A model generated the notes under the pieces. The model made no database searches. It saw only the letters and a list, made by a program, of their open reading frames with translations, and was not told where the DNA came from. A DNA stretch of 64,000 nucleotides from Octopus sinensis (lineage: Eukaryota), in NCBI RefSeq assembly GCF_006345805.1, contig NC_043006.1, positions 85,002,001 through 85,066,000 of the forward strand, read 5' to 3'. The stretch's first letter is position 1. Each line of letters opens with the position of its first letter. A program made the position numbers and the translations under genes. This document shows, one piece after another, positions 1 to 12,918 of this stretch.

Positions 1-269
1 AATTTGAAACCAATATTTTAACGTCCACTTTTACATGTTTGCATGGGTAGGATGGAATTTGTTGCAACCAATTTTCTATGGCTTGATGTCCTTCCTGTGG
101 CCAACCTCTTGTCATACAGGGTAACATTTCCTTATGACTGGACATGATTTTTGTAGAAGACTGGAAACAAACGACACTGTTTTTATGACTGAGACACTCA
201 TTTAAAACTACCACATGATGTAAAGTAAAAAAGAACAAACATATACACACCTATACACATCTACAAATA

Positions 270-634
270 TGTAGCTGAGTTATAAGAAGTTTGCTTCCCA
301 ACCATATAGTTCTGGGTTCAGTCCCACTGCATAACACCTTAGGCAAGTGTCTTCTTGTATAGCCTTGTGAGTGGATTTGGTAGGCGGAAACTGAAAGAAG
401 CTCGTCATATGTGAATGTGTGTGTTTGTGTCTTTGTGTTTGTTTCCCACCACCACTTAACAACTGGTGTTAGTGTGTTTACATCCCTGTAACTTAACAGT
501 TCAGCAAAATAGAATGATAGAATAAGTAGCAAGCTTAAAAAATAATAAGTACTGGGGTCAATTCATTTGACTAAAAATTCTTTAAGGCACTGCCCCAGCA
601 TGGCCATGGTCTAATAACTGAAACAAGTTAAAGA
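270..634 (+). mobile_element. SINE family C (tRNA-like head, CORE-like segment, internal microsatellite, tail ending gactgaaacaagtaaaaga)
   Basis: Head with B-box-like gggttcagtccc, caccttaggcaagtgtctt, and a tail matching the copies at 41456 and 60523. Confidence 0.8.
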
Positions 635-635
635 T

Positions 636-780
636 ATGAAAGGCTTCTTTCAGTTTCCATCTACCAAATCCGCTCATAAGGCTCTGGTTAACCTCAGGCC
701 AACCAAGGTACCACACAATGAGACTGAACCCCAAACCTCATGACTGGAAAGCTAACTTCTTAACCATGCATCCACACTTG
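636..780 (-). mobile_element. SINE family C, head half, inverted relative to the adjacent copy
   Basis: ggcttctttcagtttccatctaccaaatcc...gactgaaccc is the reverse complement of the family C head. Confidence 0.7.
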
Positions 781-1346
781 TGCATAGTATAAGAAAATAC
801 ATGCAATAAACAACTGCGCAGAATAGCTCCTGTTTGGATTAAAATAATCTTCTTTTTTTTCTTTCTTTTTATTTCTTTGTTTGTAAAACACCATTCTGTG
901 AAATGTGGTTCTGAGCTAAGAGTGGTCAAGAACCACTGAGATAAACACACAGGTTGGATCTGAGGATTGCTTCTAATCATTTGATTAATTGGTTCTCTGT
1001 GCAATGGTTTTTATCTAAGCAGAGCTGATCAAGAATATTTCAACTAGAAAACGCCTTTTTTTTTTTTTAATCGATTTACTATGCCGCCATCCATTCACAT
1101 CATATCTCTGTTATTATGCTGCCTGCTCCCTTTCATGTTATGATTGCAGAAATATTATCAGGTGTTTATGGAGGTAGTAGAGGGGTGGCGGGTTTGTATG
1201 CTGAGCAGCGTATTTGATTATCTTTGAATTTTTGAAAATATTGGACACTTTGTTGATTATCTCCTTCCAAAATTCTTTTTGAATCTTCATTTTTGGCAGT
1301 TGTCATTTTATAGACTACGCAAAAGAGCTGTGGTACCTCCATAATA

Positions 1347-1580
1347 TAGAGCGGTGAGCTGGCAGAAATGTTAGCACGCCGGGCGAAATGTGTAGCTGTA
1401 TTTCATCTGTTGTTACGTTGGGAGTTCAAATTCCGCTGAGGTCGACTTTGCCTTTCATCCTTACGGGGTCGATAAATTAAGTACCAGTTACGCACTGGGG
1501 TTGATGTAATCGACTTAGGACCTATGTCTGTCCTTGTTTGTCCCCTCTATGTTCAGCCCCTTGTGGGTAATAAAGAAATA
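1347..1580 (+). mobile_element. SINE family M (tRNA-like head; central gcctttcatcct..ggggtcgataaattaagtaccag domain resembling the MetaSINE domain) with 15-bp TSD
   Basis: TSD ggtacctccataata at 1332-1346 and 1581-1595; A-box-like tggcagaa, B-box-like gagttcaaattcc. Confidence 0.9.
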
Positions 1581-2438
1581 GGTACCTCCATAATACTGCA
1601 AAGCTTAGATGGAATGCATGACAGTAGGAAATTTCCCAAGGGTGCCTTCTGCACCAAGAATGTATAATTAGGTGCAAGTTACCATATTTGATGTGATATA
1701 ATGAACTGAAGAGAATTATTGCACATCATCTTGAAGCTTATAAATTCTCATGACATCAACAACATACAATTTTTGCTGGTAAGAATAAAACTGCCAAAGT
1801 GGATAAACTAATTCAAAGGACTGCTTTAGTACAATTGTATAAAGCCTGCCATGTCTACAGATGATGTGGGCTCATGTCCTATGGGTAGCCTTTGAATTTT
1901 TCTATCCAAAGAGTTTTTAACCCAATATTTACATGCTATTATTTATAGCTTTATCTGCTTCAAGTTTCACTGTTCCAAAAAAGAATTTTTAATTAGTCAA
2001 AATTTGAAGAAAATGAAACAATATTTATGGGTTGCACCCAATTCTTCGCAGTCATTTATTATGTGGCAGACTTGATGTAGCATTTTGAGGTATATCCAGT
2101 TACTGGCAATCATGCTTTTCACAGCTGTGTGTGGCGTGATGCCACGAGCTGTAACCCATCTTTTAATACTCTTGTATAATATGTTTTGCTTATGTATGTT
2201 TACCACTGTGCACTTGTATGCATAATGTATAAGGCATATACATACTGAGATATCTATCTGTATATATATATAAGAGATAATGGTGTCATTGAGACCCAAA
2301 GGTGTCAGGTAATGCTGAATAAGTGCTATAGACAGACCATAGTTAAGTTCCAGATTCAGTAATAATGCAAATAAAGGGTTCGATGTTGGTTCTATGTCAG
2401 CGTGTGTATATATGAATCTCATTATGCAAAAAATTTAT

Positions 2439-2475
<37 letters not shown>

Positions 2476-2481
<6 letters not shown>

Positions 2482-2907
2482 CAAAAATGGGATGTGAACG
2501 CAAAACATCCAGACAGTTAGGTAAAACGAAAAAAGGAAAATAAAATATTCAGACAGATGATACAAAGAAAATAAGGACAGATCATTCAGAGTTTTCTATC
2601 CTCAGTCAAGTTCCAGATTATCTTTGCAATTTTGGTTGGTTATACTCGAGATTGCTCCAATCTGGCCAGCCCCAAGGAAAAATAAGCTAAGAGCATTACA
2701 TTCCTTGGAAGAAAGCAGCGAATATATACGAAACAAGGACGGAAAAATAAAATGTTACACAAATATAAATAACAGGACATAACAGGTGTCTTTCGACTAA
2801 GGACGAATAAAATTAAGCTGGCGTGTGTGGAAGTAAAGCCTTACGGCAGGGACAAAAGATTTAACAAGCACAGGAAGGAATAGTGGCATACGTACACTTT
2901 AGTCTCC
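2476..2907. mobile_element. Unclassified ~430-bp repeat flanked by (TA)n; inverted copy at 10900-11360
   Basis: ttgctccaatctggccagccccaaggaaaa and aaagccttacggcag recur reverse-complemented at about 11195-11223 and 10961-10975. Confidence 0.7.
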
Positions 2908-2941
<34 letters not shown>

Positions 2942-3339
2942 TGCATACTCGTGGTAGATTTAGTAGATGGAAACTGAAAGAGGTTCATAGTGTATTTATC
3001 TTTGTCTTCTTGTAGGTTTGCTGGTTTTAAACAGTGGCTCATGGTGCATGCAGATGGTGCCATCAATTGCTTGAAAATTCATTGTACAAACATGTCTGAG
3101 CTTCTTGACATGTCACACAATATTTGTAAACAAAAGGCTCATTCATATGGTGTCATGTGTTTCTGGTTCTCCATGTAACTATGTCTGGGTTGTTTGTTCG
3201 ATAGGCTTTGAGATTATTATCTTGCTATGAAACCAGTGGGAGTTGGTGTTTGGAACAACATCCAAAATATAGAAAATTCCACCCCAACGTCTTGTCAGCT
3301 GAGCTATACATGCATGGAAAAATAGTTGTTCACACTTTA

Positions 3340-3979
3340 GCATTTAAACCAGCTATATTCAGTCGCAATATTCTATCTGTTTTCTGCTCAAACTGGCCAG
3401 ATTTGGCCTCTCACACCTATCCTACAATATATATATATATCCTACAATGTCATTTTAGAAATATACAATATCATTGAAACCTTTAAGTTACAAGATAATG
3501 CATCATCATCATCGTTTAACGTCCACTTCCATGCTGGCATGGGTTTGACGATTTGACTGAGGGCTGGAGAACCAGATGGCTGCACCAGGCTCCAATCTTG
3601 ATCTGGCAGAGTTTCTACAGCTGCGTGCCCTTCCTAACGCCAACCACTCCGAGAGTGTAGTGGGTGCTTTTTACGTGCAACCGGCACGGGGGCCAGTCAG
3701 GCGGTACTGGCAATGACCTTGCTCGAATCCTTTTACACATGCGACCAGCACAATTGCCAGTAAGGCGATGTTGGTAATGATCACGCTTGAATGGTGTCCT
3801 TTTACGTGCCACTGGCATGGATGCCAGTTGGCTGCTCTGGCAACGATCACGCTCGGATGGTGCTCTTGGCACCTTACTAGCATGGGGCACAAGTGCCAGT
3901 AAGGTGACGCTGGTAACGATATTCAAAACAATGAATAAGTATTACATTTGACAAAGTAATCTGAATAATAAAGTGTTAA
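3340..3979. mobile_element. piggyBac-like MITE family P1 (degenerate), interrupted by a family R element at 3501-3920
   Basis: MITE body (aactggccagatttggcctctcacacc...caagataatg | attcaaaacaatg...) matches 35961-36188. Confidence 0.7.
3501..3920 (-). mobile_element. Retroposon family R ((GAT)n tail, ttggcgttaggaagggca segment, internal ~60-bp tandem units)
   Basis: Plus strand begins catcatcatcgtttaacgtcc and contains repeated tttacgtgcc-type units. Confidence 0.8.
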
Positions 3980-4431
3980 AATGATGATGTGTATATGTGT
4001 GTTTGTATTTCCTCTTCTCTTCACATGTGGTTCTGGACAATGGAATGACCTCACTCATTGTGCAGATAATGTTATTTTGTTGGCAAGTTCACCACAAAAG
4101 CATATCCAGGTTTCTTGACATGGCTTGGTATGCTATGCGGTCTTTGTAAACAAATGGTTTGTTCATACAGTGTCATTTGTTTCCAGTTCTCTGCATAACC
4201 ATGTCTGGCTTTTCGTTGCATAGAGGCCAGAGAGTATTACCTCTTTGGAAATAAGTGGAGGTTGGTGCCAGGGAGGGCACCTGACCATAGAAGATACTCT
4301 GCCCCAACTGATTCCTCTATTTTTCCTCAAGCTGGTAAAAGATGTTAAAATGATGATCGTGTGTGTGTGTGTCTGTGTGATTTTGTGTATGCTCGTATTT
4401 CCTTTCCTCTTCATGTGTGTTCACTGATTTA

Positions 4432-4816
4432 TCTTTTACTTGTTTCAGTCATCTGACTGTGGCCATGCTGGGGCACAACCTTGAAGGGTTTTTAGTCAAA
4501 CAAATCGACCCCAAGACTTTTTTTTTAAAAGCCTGGTACTCATTCTATCAATCTCTTTTGCCAAACAGCTAAGTTATGGGAATGTAAACACACTAATACC
4601 AGTTGTCAACCAGTGGTGGGGAACAAATACAAACACACATACACACACGTAGGACAGGCTTTTTTCAGTTTCCGTCTACCAGATCAACTCACAAGACCTT
4701 GGTTGGTGGTCTGATACTACTAGAAGAAACTTCCCTAAGGTGCCACACAGTGGGATTGAACCCAGAACCATGTGATTGGAAAGTAAGCTTCTTACCACAC
4801 AAGCCATACTTGCACC
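4432..4816 (-). mobile_element. SINE family C, near full length
   Basis: ttttacttgtttcagtca ... cttcttaccacacaagccat. Confidence 0.8.
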
Positions 4817-6102
4817 TATTGTAAACAATAGCATCACTGTTCATACAGGCTGTGTTGTTTGCTTGCAAGTCCACAGCAGAAAGCATGTCCAGGCTTCTTG
4901 ACATGTGTAATCTTTGTAAGCAAAAGGCAGGGCATCCAGCCATAGAAAACTTTGGTCAGTCCAATGTACACTCTCATCTGACCCATGTAAGCTTGGAAAA
5001 GTAGAGATTAAAACAAGGACAATGACAAAAAGAAAAATTATGCTGATATTCAAACTGCGATGAAAAGAAAGTAATTATCGTTGAAAATCTGAAAATCTGC
5101 AGTGCAAAGTTATTAAAGCAAAACAATGAAAATTTTAATTCTTTTTTTCTTTTTCATGAAGATAATAAATACTGCTCCCCATGCCACTGTTATTGCTGCT
5201 ACTACTACTACTACATATATGTTTGTGTGGCAAGTGTGGTGAGAGTGTGTCGTTAATTCTCTTATGAATGAGTCTGAAGCCTTGTATCGTTTAGTAAATT
5301 GAAACTAAGTACACAACATTTAACCATAAATAGTATTTGACTAACATGTACTGATATGAAATTGGGAGATCATGCATGTTCTCATATAATTCAGTGCATT
5401 TTTGGGGATGGCAATCACTACTAGCTTACTATTTGTTTGTTTGTTTCTTTTTTTCTTTTCTCCACCCCTACCCTTCTTTCTACTATATTGTTAAAGGCCA
5501 GCTACAAATTTGTAGTTCAAATTTCTGTTATTTGCTTACAAACTGCGCTGCTACTAGCACAAGGGGGGAATTATGTGCATTGATACTGTTGAAGTATCAG
5601 ATTTTTAGAAACGTGCAGATGATATTCGTAAAAGAAACGATGACTAATTTGGTGTGGACATTTTAATGTAGATGTACGATGGCAAGCTAAGATGAAAGTG
5701 CATTGTGACCTGGTAGAGGAAAGAATTACTACAGCAATGGTATTAGTTACACAAAAGAAAGACTTTTAAGTTGTTGGGAGAAATTTCAAACCAATTTAGA
5801 CACATAAACCCTTTTCTTACCATATTTTGACTGAATTGCACTGATTTTGTTTCAGTTGCTTTTGAAAATCATGAAGAATTTAATAAAATAACTTTGTTGT
5901 TATTAAGCTGGTGTTTGGCACATAAGTTACCATGAAATTTTGATGGAACATTTTTACATTACGTAAACAGTCTAAGTAGTTAGGAGAAAATATCAAAGCA
6001 CTGAACCCTCACAGATATCATTTCTGAATGAGACTCACAGACCATTTTGTTACCATATTTTTGCATATATACATTGCTTTTGTTTCAGTTTAATTTTTAA
6101 AA

Positions 6103-6558
6103 TCATCATCATTATCGTTTAACGTCCGCTTTCCATGCTAGCATGGGTTGGACGGTTTGACCGAGGTCTGGGAAGCCAGAAGGCTGCACCAGGCTCCAGT
6201 CTGATCTGGCAGTGTTTCTACAGCTAGATGCCCTTCCTAATGCCAACCACTCCGTGAGTGTAGTGGGTGCTTTTTACGTGCCACCCGCACAGGTGTCAGG
6301 TGAGGCTGGCAACAGCTACGATTGGTTGGTGCTTTTTACGTGCCACCGGCACGGAAGCCAGTCAAAGCGGCGCTAGCATCGGCCACGTTTGGATGGTGCT
6401 TTTCACGTAACACCAGCACAGGTATCACAACTACAATTTCCATTGATTTTTGATGTTGATGTTACTTGACTCAATAGGTCTCCTCAAGCACAGGGTCGAA
6501 ACGGTGTTTCTTTACTTGCCACCTGCACAGGAGTCAGTCTAGCGGCACTGGCAACGAC
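6103..6558 (-). mobile_element. Retroposon family R
   Basis: Same tail and tandem units as 3501-3920. Confidence 0.8.
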
Positions 6559-7150
6559 CGGGTGCAAATAATAATAATTGTAAATGAGTGCCACTGTCAT
6601 ATAAGCAGTATCCTTCATTTCCACTTTTTCATGAAAACCTGTTCTATCATGGCAAAATATTGCTTGAAAAATAATGAGAGTTGGTGACTGCAAGGGCATC
6701 CAACCATAGAAAGTCTACCTCAAGGAATTCCCATCTGCTTTTTGTAAGAATGGAAAAGTGGATATTAAAATAATGCCAAATAATGATGATGTGTTGGTTT
6801 GGGTTTAATGTATATCTTTAATTCTGTGTCTATCCCCCCTGCTGTTATATATCACCCGATATGAATTCTGCAGCTGTTTCTTTCTGTGTCATTGTTGATG
6901 ATAGCAGAGAGCCATGTTTTTTTGTTTTGTTTTCTGCCCACATTCTTGAAGTTGAAGCCCTGATAACCTTTTGGTTTATAAAAGGACTGTTGAGGTCTTT
7001 GAGAATATTAACTGCAGCCATGTTGCTGGTTGTTACACAACCATTTCCAACATCATCGACTCCAATTACAGTATTTATAGAATTCAAGAATTCTGGCTTC
7101 CCAGAATATATTCTCAGAATAAATGACATTAGTTAATCAGTTAGTATAAA

Positions 7151-7546
7151 CTAGCAGTATCGCCCGGCGTTGCTCGGGTTCGTTTCGATCCTTTAGAATT
7201 GGAATTTTTGAAAAGTAAAAATTTTGCATTATGTAGCTTGTTATACTCTTTAAGTGAACATTTTTCTGGTTGAAATACACTGAAAAATGGCGACACAGCA
7301 GTCAAAAAATCATAAAAAATAGGGATTTTCGTAGGAAAAAAAAAAGCACCTTTTTAATGTAAATAATTTTTGGTGTTAACCTGGTCCGATTTGAATTTTT
7401 TCTTCTACGGAAGGAAGAGCAAGCCTTCTTCTGTCATACTCTCAATTTTGGTCAACTTGCATCGCAGGGTCTCAGAGGAGATAGTGTTAGTTGAAGGCTA
7501 CCAAACCTGCCATACACAGACAACTTCAGCTTTATATATAGAGAGA
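7151..7546 (-). mobile_element. Non-autonomous Helitron
   Basis: Minus strand starts TC (tctctctatatataaa), ends with GC hairpin cccgagcaacgccggg then CTAG; inserted between A and T with no TSD. Confidence 0.88.
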
Positions 7547-8089
7547 TTAGTCTCCACAGTTACTAAAACACCAGTTGGTTATTTATAAGTCATCTCCGGT
7601 ACTGTTAATCCTCACTAAAAAATGCTTTATTATGAACACTGTTTATGATTACAATATATGAAGTAGTAATACTGAAAATTAACTAATTAGTACCAAATTT
7701 AAATAATTGATCAATTTGGCTTGTTGTCCTACAAACAAACTAGATATAACCAGGCCAAGGGGAGTTTCTTTTGTCACATGACCCTACTAGAAATAAAAGC
7801 AGCCAAAACTCTTCCAAATTATTTCATACTGCTTTTATTTGTTAAAAAATGTACAAGAACAGTTTAGATAATATAAGTCCTAGGCACTCATAAAGAGTTT
7901 AAGAATCAGGACTGGAATACTGTTAAGCAAAGGGTTGTTAAATCAAATTGACCTTGGAATAAACAAATATATAAAGCCTCTGTCATGTCTGCTACAGCGA
8001 CCGAGGCCCATCAAACTGTGATATTGTCCCAGTTTGTTATTTAGGGTTTGTATATAGCCCTTTAGTATTAAGATTTCTTTGTTAAATGT

Positions 8090-8380
8090 TTCGTTTTGGG
8101 ATTTGGTTTGCAAGATTCTTTATATGAGTTTGTGTGTTGAAGCATATTCTGTTGTGTCTGGGGAGAGTCATTTTCTTTTTGTGCCTTATAATATAACACA
8201 CTCACCGGTAAAATTTCCACTTATTTTTATTGTCCTAAAATTTTCGTTGCTTCTTGCAACATTTTCAATCAAGACTATCGAAAATTTTAGGGAAATAAAA
8301 ATAAGAAAAAAGTGGAAATTTTACTGGTGAGTGTGTTATAAGGCACAAAAAGAAAATGTCTCTCCCCAGGCACAACAGAA
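8090..8380. mobile_element. Penelope-like inverted-repeat insertion (family H1) with 12-bp TSD and hammerhead-like motif
   Basis: TSD tttgttaaatgt at 8078-8089 and 8381-8392; palindrome 8146-8381; minus-strand TTGAAAA-T-GTTGC-AAGAA-GCAAC-GAA-AATT-T-TAG at 8235-8268; inserted in a P1 MITE. Confidence 0.7.
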
Positions 8381-10138
8381 TTTGTTAAATGTAATGCTTA
8401 TTTATTCACATTGTTTTTCATTGATCACAGATTATTTTGTAGCTTCAAGAGATTTCAATGGTGTGTTTGTGTATTTTTAGAATGATATTGTAGAGAGGCT
8501 GGATCTGCCCAGTTTGGACATAAAATAGGTAGAATATGGCTTTAAGTGGAGAGGACTGTAAGAACTAAATAAATCATAGATTATGCTGAACCAATCAGTG
8601 AGACCATACATGGGGGTGTTTTTGTTCACTAGAAACAGCAGCTAAAAATTCCCTCAAAATTCAACATACCATAATATTAAAGAAAACCGATACCTTAGGT
8701 AAACTTGAAGAAAAATAAGTTAAACGGATGTTTATGGGTCTGGAACAGTTTTGGATCATAGGTCTGCGGGATTGAGACTGACCAACCAAGCAGCAACCAT
8801 CTTTGTCGTAACATTCACTAAGTTTGTTAACCTAGTGGGGACTAGGATTAATGTCTAATGGGTTTTTGGTTCTGTGAGACAAAAATCGTTCCCACGCACG
8901 CAGACATACATAGGGATTTTGTATGCTGCTGCTGCTACTACTACTACCACCACCACCACTATTTGTCTATCTTGATAATATACAAGTGTCTGTTAGGCCT
9001 TGTCTCTCAGCTTCCCCTAATAGACACTGTTTGAAATTTCAATGAAGCAGTAGATATATATATAGGTGTGTGTATGTACACTCATGCACACACACATACA
9101 TACACACATATATTCATATATATATGCATATATATACACATATATACATACACAAACATATATTTGCCCATGTACACACACACGTTACTCAGTATGAGCT
9201 TAATTTGCTTAACATATGATTTGCACAACATAGGTGACTAGGAGGACACTATTGGTATGTTTGTGTGCGCGTGCATGTGTGCATGCACATGTATATGTGT
9301 GTTTGAGAGAGAGCCAGAAACACACACACACACGCACAGAAGGTTGTGTATGACTGTGTATCTATGCGTATGCATGGGAAGATATTATTTTGTCGAAAGT
9401 ATTTTCTGCTATTCCTCTGAGTGAAAATGTTAAATACAGCTGTCATAACATGCTGTGTAAACCTGCGTGCCTGCATTGCATATGCACTTAACTCAAATCT
9501 AATTTGGGTGCATAGACTGTCTGACACATGCATTCACATGCGCATGCACAAGTACATTCCTGGGTATGTATGTATGTATGCATATAGATGCATGTCTGTA
9601 CAGATACTTGCGCTTGGTCTTTCACATGCAAGCATTTCTGAAAATACATGTATGTGCATATTCTCTTTTACTCTTTCACTTGTTTCAGTCATTTGACTGC
9701 GGCCATGCTGGAGCACCGCCTTTTGTCGAGCAAATCGACCCCAGGACTTAGTCTTTGTAAGCCTAGGACTTATTCTATTGTCTATATACGGGAATGAAAG
9801 GGGTGTGTAATACACACACACACACACACACACACACATGTGTGTATTACACACATACACATGTATACTTACATACATGTTTGTATGTATGTGTGTCTTT
9901 GTATATACCAGCAATGATGAGATTATATATATGTGTGTGTGTGTGCGTATATATATATATTTAGATATATATATCATGATGATGATATATAGATATATAT
10001 GCACACATACATACATAACAATATCTGTTTCAACATGATTTCACATCAAGAATCTTGCAAAACACACACACACACACACATATCAAAGGAAAAGAAACAG
10101 CAGACTAAATTTCTATGACTCAAAGGAATCACAGGAAA

Positions 10139-10183
<45 letters not shown>

Positions 10184-10899
10184 CATCTCTGAGTGTATAT
10201 ATGTTAATAAACATATACTCACCATTGGCTTTTTCAGTTTGATGGAGATTAATACAGAATTCGTCCCATATGTTGTTATATATATAAAAAATATAAAAGA
10301 CACCAGAAAAAAATTTTTTTTAAATAGTCTGTTCATGTGTAAAAACAATTTATGTATTTTAATTTGCCTACACAGGTTTCTCTATACTCTCTACACGTTC
10401 TTATTTTATTTTTATCCTATCTTATATTTTTATTCAATTTTCTCTATACCGTTTGCCAGAAACTGGCTGTTAAAACCATACACTTGCACAAGATCTCAAA
10501 GGATGTCTTTGCTATTTTTCTTTTTATTATTTCTATTAATTTTCAATGCCTATTTACAGAAAGGCAGGATACACCCACCCACTCCAGCCATCTTCTCACA
10601 TTTATTGTACTTACAAACCATGGTGTTGTGGGTGGAAGTGAAGTACAGTTAAACTCGGAGGCTGTGGTATAGATCACCTCAGCAACATATACTCTCCATA
10701 TGATGCGGTATTTCATATGTATGTGTGTACATATATAATTTTAAAAGAGTGGCTTATTAACAATCAGAACCTAGAGGCAAAATTAATAGAGGTTACAGAA
10801 GTGACACAAGGTACTGACTGGCACTGCTTTTGCTAAAGATAGTTGTTAAAATAATGGCTTTTTAGTTATTTTAACTTTTTAACAAAAGCAGTGCTAGTC

Positions 10900-11351
10900 A
10901 ATACCCTCTGTCTCTTTCGTGACCTTCGGACCACCGGCACGGTAACACTGTTTTCTTCATCTGCCGTAAGGCTTTATATTTCAAATATGCCAGCTGAATT
11001 CATTTCGTCTGAGTTGAAAGACGCCTGTTGTTATGTCCTGTTATTATTGTTATTATTGTTTTTTGTATTTATATTCATATTTTTGTTTTTTTTGTATTTA
11101 TATCCGTGTAACATCGTCTGTTTTTTTTTTTTTTGTCCTTGTTTCATATACATTCAATCCTTTTTCCCAGGAATCTACTGCTCGTAGCTTAGCTTTTCCT
11201 TGGGGCTGGCCAGATTGGAGCAATTTTAAGATTAATCAGCTGAAATTGCGAGGATGATCCGGTTCTTGACTGAAGATTAGAGGCTTTGAATGACCCGTCC
11301 GTGTTTTTGTATCATCTATTTGGATGTTTTGCGTTCTTGTCCCATTTTGTA

Positions 11352-11360
<9 letters not shown>
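10900..11360. mobile_element. Second, inverted copy of the 2476-2907 repeat
   Basis: Reverse-complement similarity over about 400 bp; followed by (TA)n. Confidence 0.7.
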
Positions 11361-11404
<44 letters not shown>

Positions 11405-11446
11405 GAATGACCACTAGGTGGACTCCTAATATGCTAAATGTAGACA

Positions 11447-11601
11447 CAGAGGGTCTGCTGAAAAGTTCCTGGCTTTTGTGTAAAAGAAAATACAGGAGGA
11501 TCAGTTTTTCTAAGCCCTGTAAAAGAACTCAGAAGGCTGGGCCTCCAACCAGGCCTTTCACTGCACCCTTAAAGCCTGGAACTTTTCAGTATCCCCTCGT
11601 A
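11447..11601. mobile_element. Mariner-like MITE
   Basis: Imperfect ~28-bp TIRs gagggtctgctgaaaagttcctggcttt / aaagcctggaacttttcagtatcccctcg followed by TA. Confidence 0.7.
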
Positions 11602-11607
11602 GATCAA

Positions 11608-11970
11608 GCACAGGCCTGGATGTGTGGTTAGGAAGTTTGGTATCCCAACCACATGGTTCTGGGTTCAGTCCTGCTGCATGGTACCTTGTATGGTATCTTC
11701 TGCCTTGTGAATGGATTTGGCAGATGAAAACTGTAAGAAGCCCATCATATATCTTTGTGTCTGTGTTGTTCCTCCACCATGACCACCACTGCCTGGCAAA
11801 TAGTATTGGTGTGTTTACATCTCCATAAATTAGCAGTTTGGTAAAGAGATACTGATAGAATAAGTGCCAGGGTTTTAAAAAATAAGTACTGGGGTTGATA
11901 CATTCAATTAAAAATTCTTCAAGGCAGTGCCCCTACATGGCCACAGTCTAATGATTGGAACAACTGAAAA
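11608..11970 (+). mobile_element. SINE family C (degenerate)
   Basis: Head and tail match 41456-41847. Confidence 0.75.
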
Positions 11971-12027
11971 AAAAGCCCCTAACAAAAAACATTGAAATCC
12001 CAAAGTTACAAGATAATGCGTAATTCA

Positions 12028-12608
12028 TTATCATCATCATTTAACATCCGCTTTCCATGCTAGCATGGGTTGGACGATTTGACTGAGGACTGGTGAACCA
12101 GATGGCTGCACCAGGCTCCAATCTGATCTGGCAGAGTTTCTACAACTGGATGCCCTTCCTAATGCCAACCACTCTGAGAGTATAGTGGGTGCTTTTTACG
12201 TGCCACCTGCACAAGGGCCAGTCTGACGGTACTGCAACAGCCAAGCTCAGAATGGTGTTTTTTACATGCCACCTGCACAGGAGTCAGTCCAGCAGCACTG
12301 GCAACGACCTTGCTTGAATGTTTTGTTCACGTGCCACCGGCACAAGTGCCAGTAAAGTGACGTTGGTAACGATCACGCTCAGATGGTGATTTTTTACATG
12401 CCACCGGCACGGAAGCTAGACAGCTACTCTGGCACTGATCCTGCTCAGTTGGATCTGTCAGCGCTCCACTGCCATGGGTGCCAGTCATCGAATTTGGTTT
12501 AATTTCGATTTCACTTACCCCAACAGGTCTTCGCAAGCAGAGTTTAGTGTCCAATGAAGGGAGGTTGGCATGGGTGCCAGTTGTCGAATTTGGTTCGATT
12601 TCGATTTC
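12028..12608 (-). mobile_element. Retroposon family R with extended internal tandem array, inside a P1 MITE
   Basis: (CAT)n start, about 4 tttac(g/a)tgccacc-type units, short cgtaatt duplication at both flanks. Confidence 0.8.
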
Positions 12609-12673
12609 GTAATTAATTCAAAATAATATGAATGAATAAGCTATAACATTTGACAGAGCAATCTGAATGCTAA

Positions 12674-12918
12674 GGACCCCCTTCAGTCATGAGTGACCAT
12701 GGGATTGCACCTAGAAAGTTCCCCTTCGAGACACAAATCTGAGCAAGGTTGTTTATGGATGATCAGCAATCGCACATTCATACCAGCTTCTTCTCTTCAT
12801 GCCACTGATGTTATCCAAGAGAAAGGCAAAGGTCGATATAGATTGGCACCAGTGATGTCACAACTCCTTTCTGCAGATGAGTAAACTGGAGCAACATGAA
12901 ACAGTGTTTTGCTCAAGG
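12674..12918 (-). mobile_element. SINE family K, 5'-truncated
   Basis: Reverse complement of the 43740-43980 tail (gacccccttc...atgggattgcac). Confidence 0.75.

Noticed and set aside
1997-2422. 141-aa minus-strand ORF in non-repetitive-looking sequence
   Set aside because: No recognisable motif or splice signals, and it crosses a (TA)n patch; cannot be supported as coding.
3660-3920. Regularly spaced repeats superficially like a CRISPR array
   Set aside because: The intervening sequences are homologous to each other, the context is eukaryotic and there are no cas genes; it is a VNTR within a retroposon.
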